Part shown: in pieces, positions 1 to 7,756 of the stretch
Layout of the letters: the number at the start of each line of letters is the position of its first letter
How positions within the stretch are numbered: the stretch's first letter is position 1
Assembly: GCA_038735675.1 (NCBI GenBank)
Contig: JAVYNJ010000007.1
Coordinates: 1-24,546, forward strand
DNA from: Nanopusillaceae archaeon
GTDB taxonomy: Archaea; Nanobdellota; Nanobdellia; Nanobdellales; Nanobdellaceae
Reading direction: 5' to 3'
DNA: 24,546 nt
The notes under the pieces: generated by a model
What the model saw: only the letters and a program-made list of their open reading frames with translations
Told to the model about the DNA's origin: nothing
The model's database searches: none
Program-made: the position numbers and the translations under genes

Positions 1-609
1 TATCGAATATCTAGATACAACTTTAGTTGGAATTTCCATAGATAGAACACTTTCATCTTGCGGGGTAATATCAATTTTCATGTCTTTTAATTCTCCTTCT
101 GCAATGAAACTTATTGTATTATGATCTGGATTTGTAACTATTTTTATTTCATCGGCTATAATTTTTGCAGATGAAATTATTTCGGAAAATGCCTTTGCAT
201 CCATTTCTAATTTTATTCTCAAATCTAGAGAAGGTATTTCCAAAATATTTCCCTCAGTCTCTATTAAAGGTAAAGTAAAAGTTCTTTTTGATTTTCCTTT
301 CATAGATATCAATAATTTATTTCTTTTCTTATCTATATTCCATTCTATCTGCTCTTTCATTTTTGCTTTACCAATAATTTTCTTTAAATCTTCCAAATTT
401 ACAGAAAAAATTTCTTCTTCGTCATCTAATTTATAATCTAAAAACATGTTTGGATACATTTCAACAATAATTATTGCTACATTTGCCGGATCGAGAGAAG
501 TAAGAAATATTCCATCATTCTTTGCTTTAAAAGTTCCCTCTGATAAAAATGCCGTTGTTGCCGCTAGTATATTTTTTAACTCCTTAGCCTGAGGAAATAC
601 TACTTCCAT
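1..609 (-). CDS. pcn: DNA polymerase sliding clamp (PCNA), 5' portion; the 3' end lies beyond the left edge of the window
   Basis: Absent from the supplied ORF track because there is no in-window stop. Manual minus-strand translation from ATG (cat at 607..609) gives MEVVFPQAKELKNILAATTAFLSEGTFKAKNDGIFLTSLDPANVAIIIVEMYPNMFLDYKLD...ISFIAEGELKDMKIDITPQDESVLSMEIPTKVVSRYSI. The frame is open to base 1 (203 codons, no tta/cta/tca triplet in plus frame 1). The pattern matches archaeal PCNA (~245 aa). Confidence 0.85.
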   Translation of the reverse strand, partial: MEVVFPQAKELKNILAATTAFLSEGTFKAKNDGIFLTSLDPANVAIIIVEMYPNMFLDYKLDDEEEIFSVNLEDLKKIIGKAKMKEQIEWNIDKKRNKLLISMKGKSKRTFTLPLIETEGNILEIPSLDLRIKLEMDAKAFSEIISSAKIIADEIKIVTNPDHNTISFIAEGELKDMKIDITPQDESVLSMEIPTKVVSRYSI

Positions 610-627
610 AAAAAGATTTTGTAAAAA

Positions 628-3213
628 TTATTTAAAATCTTTCATATTTTCAAAAAACTTCTTATATATTAGTCTAGCAGAATATTTATCTAAATACTCG
701 TTAAAATTACCACATTTAGAAGAAAGAATACATTTTGGACATCCATCTAAACATTTACAACTTATTAAAGATTCTCTAGACTTTTTCAAAAGTTTTTCTA
801 TATTTTCAAAGATTATTTCGGCTAAACCTACTCCATTTTCAAATCCTTCATATATAAAAATTGTTGGTTTTTGAGTTTGAAAATGAATTTGATATGAAAA
901 ACCACCCAATTCTTTTGAGTCAATATAAGTAACTATTGGGGATATTTTTATTATATTATGTTCTATAGCATGTAATCCAGATCTAAAAGCTGCCTGAAAA
1001 TCAATAAGCTTTTTAATATAAAAAACTAATTTTTTATCTTTAATTTTAAGATCCTTCAAAAAGTTTTCTACAATTTCTTTAATTTTTCTACTAGCTAAAC
1101 CTCTATATTTATCATAAAAATAATCTTTAACTACGGTAGTCGAAAAATTATATAATTCTTCGAAAGAAACATCATATTTCTTCTCAGATATTAATTTTGA
1201 AATTTTCTTTTTTAAATTCTCAAGATATTCTCTCTCTATTTTTTCATATTCTTTAGGTATTTCAATCCAAATAGCTTTAGTTGTAAACTTTCTTTTAATT
1301 GTATCTTCATAATATATTATATTCTGTATATAATCTTCTCCATATTTTATTTTTTCTAAATATCCTAAATATTCTCTATTTACTTCTATAAGCCCTAAAT
1401 TTATTTTCCAATCCCCAATATTCTTTTCATTATATTTTTCAATGATCCTAACTTCTTCATTATAAACTGGTTCGGTTTCTATACCAGATTCTTCTCTTTG
1501 TACAATAACAAAATTTATATTTCCCACACTATTTAACGAAATTGATCTATAAGATTTTCCTAAAGAATAGTAAACCATTCCCGGTAATAAATATTCATAA
1601 AAAGCTGCTTCATCAATTTCTTCTATGATTTTACCTTTAGATTTTAACATATTCACGATCTTAAATGCTGACTCTTCTTTTTTAAGATTCTTAATTATTT
1701 CATAGTCAGACATATCGATTAAATAATATACTTTATCAGATATATTTCTCAGCCCAGAATAAATTACTTTTTTTATTGGAATTAAATATTCTTTTCCAAA
1801 TAAACTATCTTTAATCACTCTAACATATCCTTTTTCTATTAATTTATCTAACAGCTTTTTATCTTTTTCCTCCAATAAATCTAAAGGAAATCTACCAAAT
1901 TCCTGAATCATGTAAAGCAAATGCTTCTCTCTTATTTTTTCATTGTTTAAATTAATAGGAAGTTCTTCAATATCATTTCTCTTTATTTTTTCAAATAATT
2001 CATCAAAATTAGAAGAATAATACAAATCTAACGCATCCTTCTTAAAAATTATTATATTTAAGCCATCAGAAGTTCTACCAGATCTTCCAAATCTCTGTAT
2101 TAAAGAAAATATTCCATCTCTAGGTATTCCATAATTAGCAACTGCAGTAACATCTCCTATATCTATACCTAATTCTAAAGCAGAAGTAGTTATCAAAATT
2201 TTATACTCATTATTTTTAAATTTCTTTTCTATTTCCTTTCTAATATCCTTTAAATAACTTGCTTTATATGTAAAAACTAAATTACTTTTTTCAAGATCTT
2301 CTATTAACATTTTATATTTCTCTACTCCTTTTTTTGATTCTAAAAAAACTAAAGATTTTATATCTTTATCTAAAAGTACTCTTATCAATCTCTTTAAAAT
2401 AACTTTAGGGCCAACATTTTTGGTATCTATTCCAATTATCCATTTGTCATATCTTTTACTATAATCTTCATCTACAACATAAAAATCTAAATTAAATAAT
2501 TTTTTTGCAAAATTTGAGGGATTTTTCAAAGTTGCAGATAAAGCTAAAAATTTAAAAAAATTGTTTTTATACAAATAGCTTAACAAATTTATTAATCTTC
2601 TAAAAACATATGCAGAATTTGTACCAAAAACTCCTCGATACGAATGTAACTCATCTACAACTATTAAATCCAAATTTCTAAAGAAATAATACATTTTTCC
2701 ATGATTTTTTAATAAAAATAAATGCAAGTTATCTATAGTAGTCAATATTACATTTGGTTTATCTTTAATTATTTTTTCCTTTTCTCTATAAGACAAGTCA
2801 CCTAGAAGAATTCCAAATTTTAAATTTATCTTTTTTTTAGATATTGAATTAAACTGATTTATTAGAGCTTGAAATTTTTCAAATTGATCGTATAACAAAG
2901 CTCTTAGAGGATAAATTAATAAATACGTTTTGTTTTGATTTTTTAAATAATTATCTATTATATATAATCTAAAGATATGAGATTTTCCAGAAGCTGTTGG
3001 AGTTGTTACAACCACATTTTTTCCATTATACAATAATTCTAAACTTTCTTTTTGATGTTTATATAATTTTATATCAATTTTATTTAAAAACTCCATTATT
3101 TCATCATTAAAGAATTTAAAATCTTCAAAAATAGGATCTTTTCTTTCTATTTTTTTTATTCCTACAATTAAATCGTTGAATTCCTGCTTTAAATTTTCAA
3201 TAATTTTGTCCAC
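628..3213 (-). CDS. Superfamily-2 DExH helicase with C-terminal DUF1998/MZB Cys cluster (COG1205, YprA/MrfA/Hel112-like)
   Basis: 861-aa ORF with a GTG start (cac at 3211..3213). Helicase motifs are Walker A TTPTASGKSHIF, DExH box VVDELHSY, motif III SATL and motif VI QRFGRSGR. The C-terminal cluster CKCLDGCPKCILSSKCGNF is typical of DUF1998. The gene ends 18 nt upstream of the PCNA start on the same strand. Confidence 0.85.
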   Translation of the reverse strand: MDKIIENLKQEFNDLIVGIKKIERKDPIFEDFKFFNDEIMEFLNKIDIKLYKHQKESLELLYNGKNVVVTTPTASGKSHIFRLYIIDNYLKNQNKTYLLIYPLRALLYDQFEKFQALINQFNSISKKKINLKFGILLGDLSYREKEKIIKDKPNVILTTIDNLHLFLLKNHGKMYYFFRNLDLIVVDELHSYRGVFGTNSAYVFRRLINLLSYLYKNNFFKFLALSATLKNPSNFAKKLFNLDFYVVDEDYSKRYDKWIIGIDTKNVGPKVILKRLIRVLLDKDIKSLVFLESKKGVEKYKMLIEDLEKSNLVFTYKASYLKDIRKEIEKKFKNNEYKILITTSALELGIDIGDVTAVANYGIPRDGIFSLIQRFGRSGRTSDGLNIIIFKKDALDLYYSSNFDELFEKIKRNDIEELPINLNNEKIREKHLLYMIQEFGRFPLDLLEEKDKKLLDKLIEKGYVRVIKDSLFGKEYLIPIKKVIYSGLRNISDKVYYLIDMSDYEIIKNLKKEESAFKIVNMLKSKGKIIEEIDEAAFYEYLLPGMVYYSLGKSYRSISLNSVGNINFVIVQREESGIETEPVYNEEVRIIEKYNEKNIGDWKINLGLIEVNREYLGYLEKIKYGEDYIQNIIYYEDTIKRKFTTKAIWIEIPKEYEKIEREYLENLKKKISKLISEKKYDVSFEELYNFSTTVVKDYFYDKYRGLASRKIKEIVENFLKDLKIKDKKLVFYIKKLIDFQAAFRSGLHAIEHNIIKISPIVTYIDSKELGGFSYQIHFQTQKPTIFIYEGFENGVGLAEIIFENIEKLLKKSRESLISCKCLDGCPKCILSSKCGNFNEYLDKYSARLIYKKFFENMKDFK

Positions 3214-3243
3214 AATAATATAATTTTGTTAAAATAATTAAAA

Positions 3244-3300
3244 GTATCAGTCAGGAGTGCTTAATCATTTTTCATTTCCCGGCAAAACCCTTCATCATCC
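3244..3300 (-). ncRNA. Candidate C/D box sRNA (2'-O-methylation guide) immediately 3' of tRNA-Asn
   Basis: Minus-strand read from 3300: GG-AUGAUGA(C box, 3298..3292)-AGGGUUUUGCC(11 nt)-GGGA(degenerate D', 3280..3277)-AAUGAAAA-AUGAUUA(C', 3268..3262)-AGCACUCCUGA(11 nt)-CUGA(D box, 3250..3247)-UAC. The box order, spacer lengths and ~55 nt size fit archaeal C/D sRNAs. This is also a local GC-enriched patch in AT-rich intergenic DNA. Confidence 0.6.
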
Positions 3301-3301
3301 A

Positions 3302-3373
3302 CGCCGCCGGGGGGATTTGAACCCCCGACCCTCCGGTTAACAGCCGGATGCTCTACCGCTGAGCTACGGCGGC
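3302..3373 (-). tRNA. tRNA-Asn (anticodon GTT), 72 nt, no encoded CCA
   Basis: Reverse complement folds as GCCGCCG-TA-GCTC-AGCGGTA-GAGC-A-TCCGG-CTGTTAA-CCGGA-GGGTC-GGGGG-TTCAAAT-CCCCC-CGGCGGC-G. It is a perfect cloverleaf with fully paired stems and anticodon loop CU-GUU-AA. Confidence 0.95.
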
Positions 3374-3395
3374 AATATAATATAATAATAAATTT

Positions 3396-3402
3396 CTTTT
3401 AA
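3396..3402 (-). promoter_or_regulatory. Putative TATA box (TTAAAAG) for the tRNA-Asn / C/D sRNA unit
   Basis: TTAAAAG on the minus strand lies at -29..-23 relative to the tRNA 5' end (3373). The same heptamer sits upstream of tRNA-Ile. The AT-rich background makes this weak evidence. Confidence 0.3.
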
Positions 3403-3413
3403 AAAATATTCTT

Positions 3414-3671
3414 ATGAATGATGAAATTATAAAGCTTACAGACAGAGAAATTGAAAAATTGAGGATAGTTTTTGAAAAAATAAAATTCTTTGATCTTGAA
3501 CTAAAAAGATTTGTCGAGGCATACTGGAAAGATTGTATTTACTTTTATGATAAAAAGGACTACATAAAAGCTTTTGAATTAGTAAATTACATATGGGGCA
3601 TTTTAGATTGCATGGCAAATAAGCAAATAATATATGTTCCAGAAGAAATTAAAGGATGGTTTAAGATTTAG
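3414..3671 (+). CDS. Small DUF357-like archaeal protein
   Basis: 85 aa. The segment YFYDKKDYIKAFELVNYIWGILDCMANKQII resembles the DUF357 signature (GDY..A....Y..GwLDa). This is recognised from memory only. Confidence 0.45.
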   Translation: MNDEIIKLTDREIEKLRIVFEKIKFFDLELKRFVEAYWKDCIYFYDKKDYIKAFELVNYIWGILDCMANKQIIYVPEEIKGWFKI

Positions 3672-4209
3672 GAATTTTCTTTATTAAGAAAAATATAAAA
3701 TCTTTTTCTTCTTCTGAAAACCAGATAATATCAAAATATTTTTTTATAAGAGGTTTCCAAAAAGCCAATCCCTTTCTTTTTAGTACTGTTAATATCAAAA
3801 TTCCATCATCTTTAAGAATTTTTTCCAATATCTTTAAATCTTCTTCAGGATTTTGGGAATCTTGCAAAACCGTAACAGAAATTATAATATTGAAAAATTT
3901 TTCATATTTATTAAAATCATCTTTTTTTATTACAATAACATTCTTTATTTTTTCTTTAGCTTTTTGAATCATTTTTTCGGATATGTCATAAATATATACT
4001 TCTTTAGCTATTTTAGATAAGAATACAGTAGATATTCCTGTTCCACATCCATAATCTAAACCTTTTTCGAATGTTTTAGATAAGAACAATTTATTATATA
4101 TTTTTTCTATTTCCAAAATTTTATTTTTTTGTTCTTCACCATATAAAGAATCGTATATATCAACGAGGTTATCATAAAATTCTGAAACCCGATTCTCATA
4201 TTCCTCCAT
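3661..4209 (-). CDS. Class I SAM-dependent methyltransferase
   Basis: 182 aa. SAM-binding motif I is LDYGCGTGISTVFL, followed by an acidic post-I residue (YIYDISEKM) and a motif-IV-like FNIIISVTVLQ. Confidence 0.8.
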   Translation of the reverse strand: MEEYENRVSEFYDNLVDIYDSLYGEEQKNKILEIEKIYNKLFLSKTFEKGLDYGCGTGISTVFLSKIAKEVYIYDISEKMIQKAKEKIKNVIVIKKDDFNKYEKFFNIIISVTVLQDSQNPEEDLKILEKILKDDGILILTVLKRKGLAFWKPLIKKYFDIIWFSEEEKDFIFFLIKKIPKS

Positions 4210-4267
4210 TATTTTATATAATGAATTATATTAAAAGATATAAATTATTACATTAGAATAATTTCTT

Positions 4268-4732
4268 ATGATAGAAATTTTAGGAATAGGTATAAAAATG
4301 GACGTTGAGAACATTGAAGTAAATATAGAAAAGAATAACAATATTTTAAACATCAAAGATAAAAAATTTGTTTCTTCTCAAGCTTATGATAGTTACAAAA
4401 AAAATTGGAACTGTAAATTACTTTTTGGAGATAAAATAAAGTTTATTGATGGACATAATATTTATATTTATGATTTTGATCATTTAAATCAAAAAGATAA
4501 AATATTTTCTAAAGCTGAAATAATATATATTGGTTTAAATCTCAAAGAAGAAAAGGAAATAGATTTAATTCAAGATAAATATTATCTATTGTCTCCATCC
4601 AGTAAAATAAAAATAGGAAGAGGAAAGATTGGAAGCGATTTAAAAGAGTCTATAATAGATGTAGAAAACGTAATAAGAAACATATTAAGATCTGTGGATG
4701 GTTTATTAATAAGAAAAATACCAAAAATATAA
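4268..4732 (+). CDS. Hypothetical protein
   Basis: 154-aa ORF filling the gap between two confident genes. No recognisable motif. An alternative start exists at 4298 (MDVEN). TTAAAAG lies at 4231..4237 upstream. Confidence 0.5.
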   Translation: MIEILGIGIKMDVENIEVNIEKNNNILNIKDKKFVSSQAYDSYKKNWNCKLLFGDKIKFIDGHNIYIYDFDHLNQKDKIFSKAEIIYIGLNLKEEKEIDLIQDKYYLLSPSSKIKIGRGKIGSDLKESIIDVENVIRNILRSVDGLLIRKIPKI

Positions 4733-4736
4733 AAAA

Positions 4737-5912
4737 TTAAGCTAATTTTTCATAAATTCTTATCAATTCATTAAGTTTACTAATTCTTTCTCCACCAACA
4801 ATACCAAACTTTACATAAGGAACCTCAAAAGCTGCTGCTAAATGTGCTATTATATTACTCTCTGTTTCTCCAGATCTATGAGAAAATATAGGAAGTATAT
4901 TATTTTTTTTACAATATTCAACTGCCTCCATTGTTTTCAAAATTGATCCTGCCTGATCAGGTTTAATTATTACGGATTTCACAGAATTATGATCTAACGC
5001 TTTTTTTATTCTTTCGATATTAGTAACAGTTAAATCATCTCCCGTAATTAAAATATTTGTTTTTTTATTTATTTCTGCAAAACCTTCAAAATCATCTTCA
5101 TGTAAAGGATCCTCAACATAAAATAATTTATAAATTTCTATAAAATTCAATACACTTTCTATAAATTCTTCTCTTTTGTATTCTTTCTTTTCAAAAATAT
5201 ACTTATCCTTGCTATATAGATGTGTTGCAGCAATATCTATTCCTAAATTTAGCTTTACAGAATATTCATTTTCAAAACTCTCAATTAATTTTGACAACAA
5301 ATCAAAAATTGATGTTGTCTTCAAAGATGTAGTCCAAGCCCCCTCATCATTTTTTCCATAAGTAAAACTACTATCTAAAATTTCTAATCTTTCTCCTAGA
5401 ATTTTATGATAATAGGATGATAAAAATACTGCTAACTTTATATTATCAACTTGAGGAGAAATTAAGAATTCTTGTATTGAAGTACTTCTCCATTTTGCAT
5501 GAGCTCCACCGCCAATAACATTAGCCAATATCTTCAAATTTTTAATATTTGGCTTTTTATTGAAAAATGCATATATTGGCTCATTATAGTAAAAGGACCA
5601 AGCTCTTAGAATTGCATATTCTATTGCTAGTAAAAGATTGCTTCCATATTTTTTAATTCCCCCAATAAGCTCAAAATCGTTTTCAAAGTTTTTTAGATCA
5701 CTTAAAGTTTGTATATCATATGTTTTTAAAAAATCAACTAGCTCTAAATTAAACAATTCTACTGCTTTTTCTACATCTATTTTGTTTGCTTCATAAGATC
5801 CTTTGCTAGCCCCAGAAGGAACAGATTCTGAAAATCCATTTATTTCAACTTCAATTGTCGGATCTCCCCTAGAATTTAAAACAATTCTTGCCTTAGCATC
5901 AAAAATTCTCAT
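4737..5912 (-). CDS. eno: Enolase (phosphopyruvate hydratase), compact 391-aa form
   Basis: N-terminus is ARIVLNSRGDPTIEVEI...VPSGASKGSYEA. Canonical motifs occur in order: NVIGGGAHA, IQEFLISP, NDEGAW, GIDIAA, YVEDPL, ITGDDLTVTN, IKPDQAGSI, SHRSGETE, VKFG..GGERISKLNELIRI. Confidence 0.9.
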   Translation of the reverse strand: MRIFDAKARIVLNSRGDPTIEVEINGFSESVPSGASKGSYEANKIDVEKAVELFNLELVDFLKTYDIQTLSDLKNFENDFELIGGIKKYGSNLLLAIEYAILRAWSFYYNEPIYAFFNKKPNIKNLKILANVIGGGAHAKWRSTSIQEFLISPQVDNIKLAVFLSSYYHKILGERLEILDSSFTYGKNDEGAWTTSLKTTSIFDLLSKLIESFENEYSVKLNLGIDIAATHLYSKDKYIFEKKEYKREEFIESVLNFIEIYKLFYVEDPLHEDDFEGFAEINKKTNILITGDDLTVTNIERIKKALDHNSVKSVIIKPDQAGSILKTMEAVEYCKKNNILPIFSHRSGETESNIIAHLAAAFEVPYVKFGIVGGERISKLNELIRIYEKLA

Positions 5913-5956
5913 AAAATTATTTGATATCTTTTGAAAAATTTAAATTATCAAATAAC

Positions 5957-6028
5957 TGGGCCCGGGGGGAATTGAACCCCCGACCTCCCGGTTATCAGCC
6001 GGGCGCTCCGCCACTGAGCCACGGGCCC
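5957..6028 (-). tRNA. tRNA-Ile (anticodon GAT), 72 nt, no encoded CCA
   Basis: Reverse complement folds as GGGCCCG-TG-GCTC-AGTGGCG-GAGC-G-CCCGG-CTGATAA-CCGGG-AGGTC-GGGGG-TTCAATT-CCCCC-CGGGCCC-A. All stems are fully paired and almost all G:C. Confidence 0.95.
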
Positions 6029-6054
6029 ATATTATTTGATTTTATACTAATAAA

Positions 6055-6061
6055 CTTTTAA
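6055..6061 (-). promoter_or_regulatory. Putative TATA box (TTAAAAG) for tRNA-Ile
   Basis: TTAAAAG on the minus strand lies at -33..-27 relative to the tRNA 5' end (6028). It is the same heptamer seen upstream of tRNA-Asn. Confidence 0.3.
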
Positions 6062-6075
6062 TTAGTTTAGAAAAT

Positions 6076-6714
6076 ATGGATCTTATTCCTAATATTTTAG
6101 AAACTATTTATGAAGAAGTAACTTTACCTATTATTAATTTTATAGCAAATATACCAGTACTTATATCAAAGCTAATACTGTTTATACTTATAGTAGCTTT
6201 AGGTTACGTAGTTAGCAGATTTTTAGATTTTATAGCTAGAATTATTTTATCTTATATAAGAATTGATGATGTTTTCAAAGAAAAAAATTTAGAAAATGCT
6301 TTTTTTAAGATAAAACCATCGATATATATTAGAAATTTATTAAAGTATTATATATACTTCTATTTTATATTAGAGGGATTGAAAAAAGCTAATTTAATTA
6401 ATATAACATTGCTTCCATATTTAAACACATTTTATATAATACTTTTAGTAGTTTCTATTGGATTTTTAATTTCAGCCATTCTAGAAAAATATTTAAGAGT
6501 TTTTACTGATAAAAAAATAGCTTTAGAACTTTTTAGAGGATTAATAATCTATATATTCTTTATATGGGCACTAGAAATAACAAATTTGCCTTCATCTATA
6601 TTCTATGAGATCTTAGATATATTTTTAATAACAATTTCAATATCATTAGGGCTTTTTATAGGAATAATATTGGCTTTAGAATATAGAGAAGAAATCAAAA
6701 AAATAATAAGATGA
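6076..6714 (+). CDS. Hypothetical multi-pass membrane protein
   Basis: 212 aa with several long hydrophobic segments (LISKLILFILIVALGYVV, FYIILLVVSIGFLISAIL, LIIYIFFIWALEI, IFLITISISLGLFIGIILAL). It is the first gene of a four-gene plus-strand block with ATGA overlaps. Confidence 0.6.
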   Translation: MDLIPNILETIYEEVTLPIINFIANIPVLISKLILFILIVALGYVVSRFLDFIARIILSYIRIDDVFKEKNLENAFFKIKPSIYIRNLLKYYIYFYFILEGLKKANLINITLLPYLNTFYIILLVVSIGFLISAILEKYLRVFTDKKIALELFRGLIIYIFFIWALEITNLPSSIFYEILDIFLITISISLGLFIGIILALEYREEIKKIIR

Positions 6715-7157
6715 TATGTGAGATTTGTGGAACAAGAAAAGCTTCTAAAAAGGTTTCTTTAGAAGGAACAATAATAAATGTTTGTGAAAATTGCTTCAAG
6801 GGTTTAAAGATAAAAAGTGAGATTATAAAACATGATAAATCTGTTTATAATTCAAAAAAGATAGAAATCGATTTTTCAATAGAGGAAGAATTTGTAGATG
6901 ATGATTTTTATAAAAAACTTAAAAAATATAGGGAAGAAAAAAATTTAAAGCAAAAAGATATGGCAAAACTGTTAGGAATTAAAGAAGGATTTTATAAAAG
7001 CTTAGAAGAAGGAAAAATAAAGCCTTCAATAGAACTGGCTAAAAAAATAGAAAAAATTATTGGTGAAAAAATAATAAAAAAAGAAAAAATTGAAAAAGAA
7101 GACAAAAAAGATAAATTTAATATTAGAGTTGCAGATATAATTGAATTTAAAGAATGA
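6711..7157 (+). CDS. mbf1: Archaeal multiprotein bridging factor 1 (zinc ribbon + XRE-type HTH)
   Basis: An N-terminal CEICG...CENC zinc ribbon is followed by a C-terminal HTH (LKQKDMAKLLGIKEGFYKSLEEGKIKPSIELAKKIEKI). This is the aMBF1 architecture. Confidence 0.8.
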   Translation: MICEICGTRKASKKVSLEGTIINVCENCFKGLKIKSEIIKHDKSVYNSKKIEIDFSIEEEFVDDDFYKKLKKYREEKNLKQKDMAKLLGIKEGFYKSLEEGKIKPSIELAKKIEKIIGEKIIKKEKIEKEDKKDKFNIRVADIIEFKE

Positions 7158-7732
7158 TAAAAAATGAAATACGAATAGTTGGTTTAGATGATGGTTTTTT
7201 TAATAAAAATAAAGACAAAAAAAGTTTATTAGTTGGAGTTATCATGAGAGGGCATAGACAAATAGATGGTGTTCTGTCTACTTATATAGAAATAGATGGA
7301 GATGACTCTACAGATAATATAATAGATATGATATCTAAAACAACTCATAGATATCAAATAAGATTAATAATGTCAAATGGAATTTCCTTTGCTGGATTTA
7401 ATATAATAGATATGAAAAAAATAAATAAAAAATTAGGTATTCCTGTCATTGCTGTAGTTAGAAAGAAGCCAAATATGGAAAAATTCTTATCTGCTGTAAA
7501 AAGAGTAAAAAATTATGACAAAAAGATAGAAATAATTAAAAATTTGCCGGAACCAAAACCAGTAAACACAAAATATGGAATTACATATTTTCAAAATGTT
7601 GGAATATCTGATGAAGAAGCAAAAGAAATAATATTAAAAACTTCCGTAAATTCAAGGATTCCTGAGCCAGTAAGAGTAGCTCACTTAATCGCTATGGGAG
7701 TAACTTTAGGATACTCTAGAGGAAAACCATAA
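7154..7732 (+). CDS. UPF0215/DUF99 family protein
   Basis: 192 aa. The N-terminal IRIVGLDDGFF...LLVGVIMRG..IDGVLSTYIEIDGDDSTD matches the conserved DUF99 signature, and the length fits. Confidence 0.65.
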   Translation: MIKNEIRIVGLDDGFFNKNKDKKSLLVGVIMRGHRQIDGVLSTYIEIDGDDSTDNIIDMISKTTHRYQIRLIMSNGISFAGFNIIDMKKINKKLGIPVIAVVRKKPNMEKFLSAVKRVKNYDKKIEIIKNLPEPKPVNTKYGITYFQNVGISDEEAKEIILKTSVNSRIPEPVRVAHLIAMGVTLGYSRGKP

Positions 7733-7756
7733 AAATATTTTTAATATAATTAGAAA

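Noticed and set aside
3247-3300. Alternative readings of the C/D candidate: plus-strand orientation, or the first CTGA (3254..3251) as the D box.
   Set aside because: The plus strand has no UGAUGA-type box. Using the first CUGA leaves only a 7-nt guide, whereas the second gives 11 nt, matching the other half.
3417-3424. Other C-box-like AATGATGA strings, for example 3417..3424 (start of the DUF357 gene), 18944..18951 and 18961..18966 inside trm5, and several minus-strand tcatca sites inside CDS.
   Set aside because: All lie inside coding sequence, none has a CUGA at 10-12 nt spacing or a matching C'/D pair, and none shows local GC enrichment.
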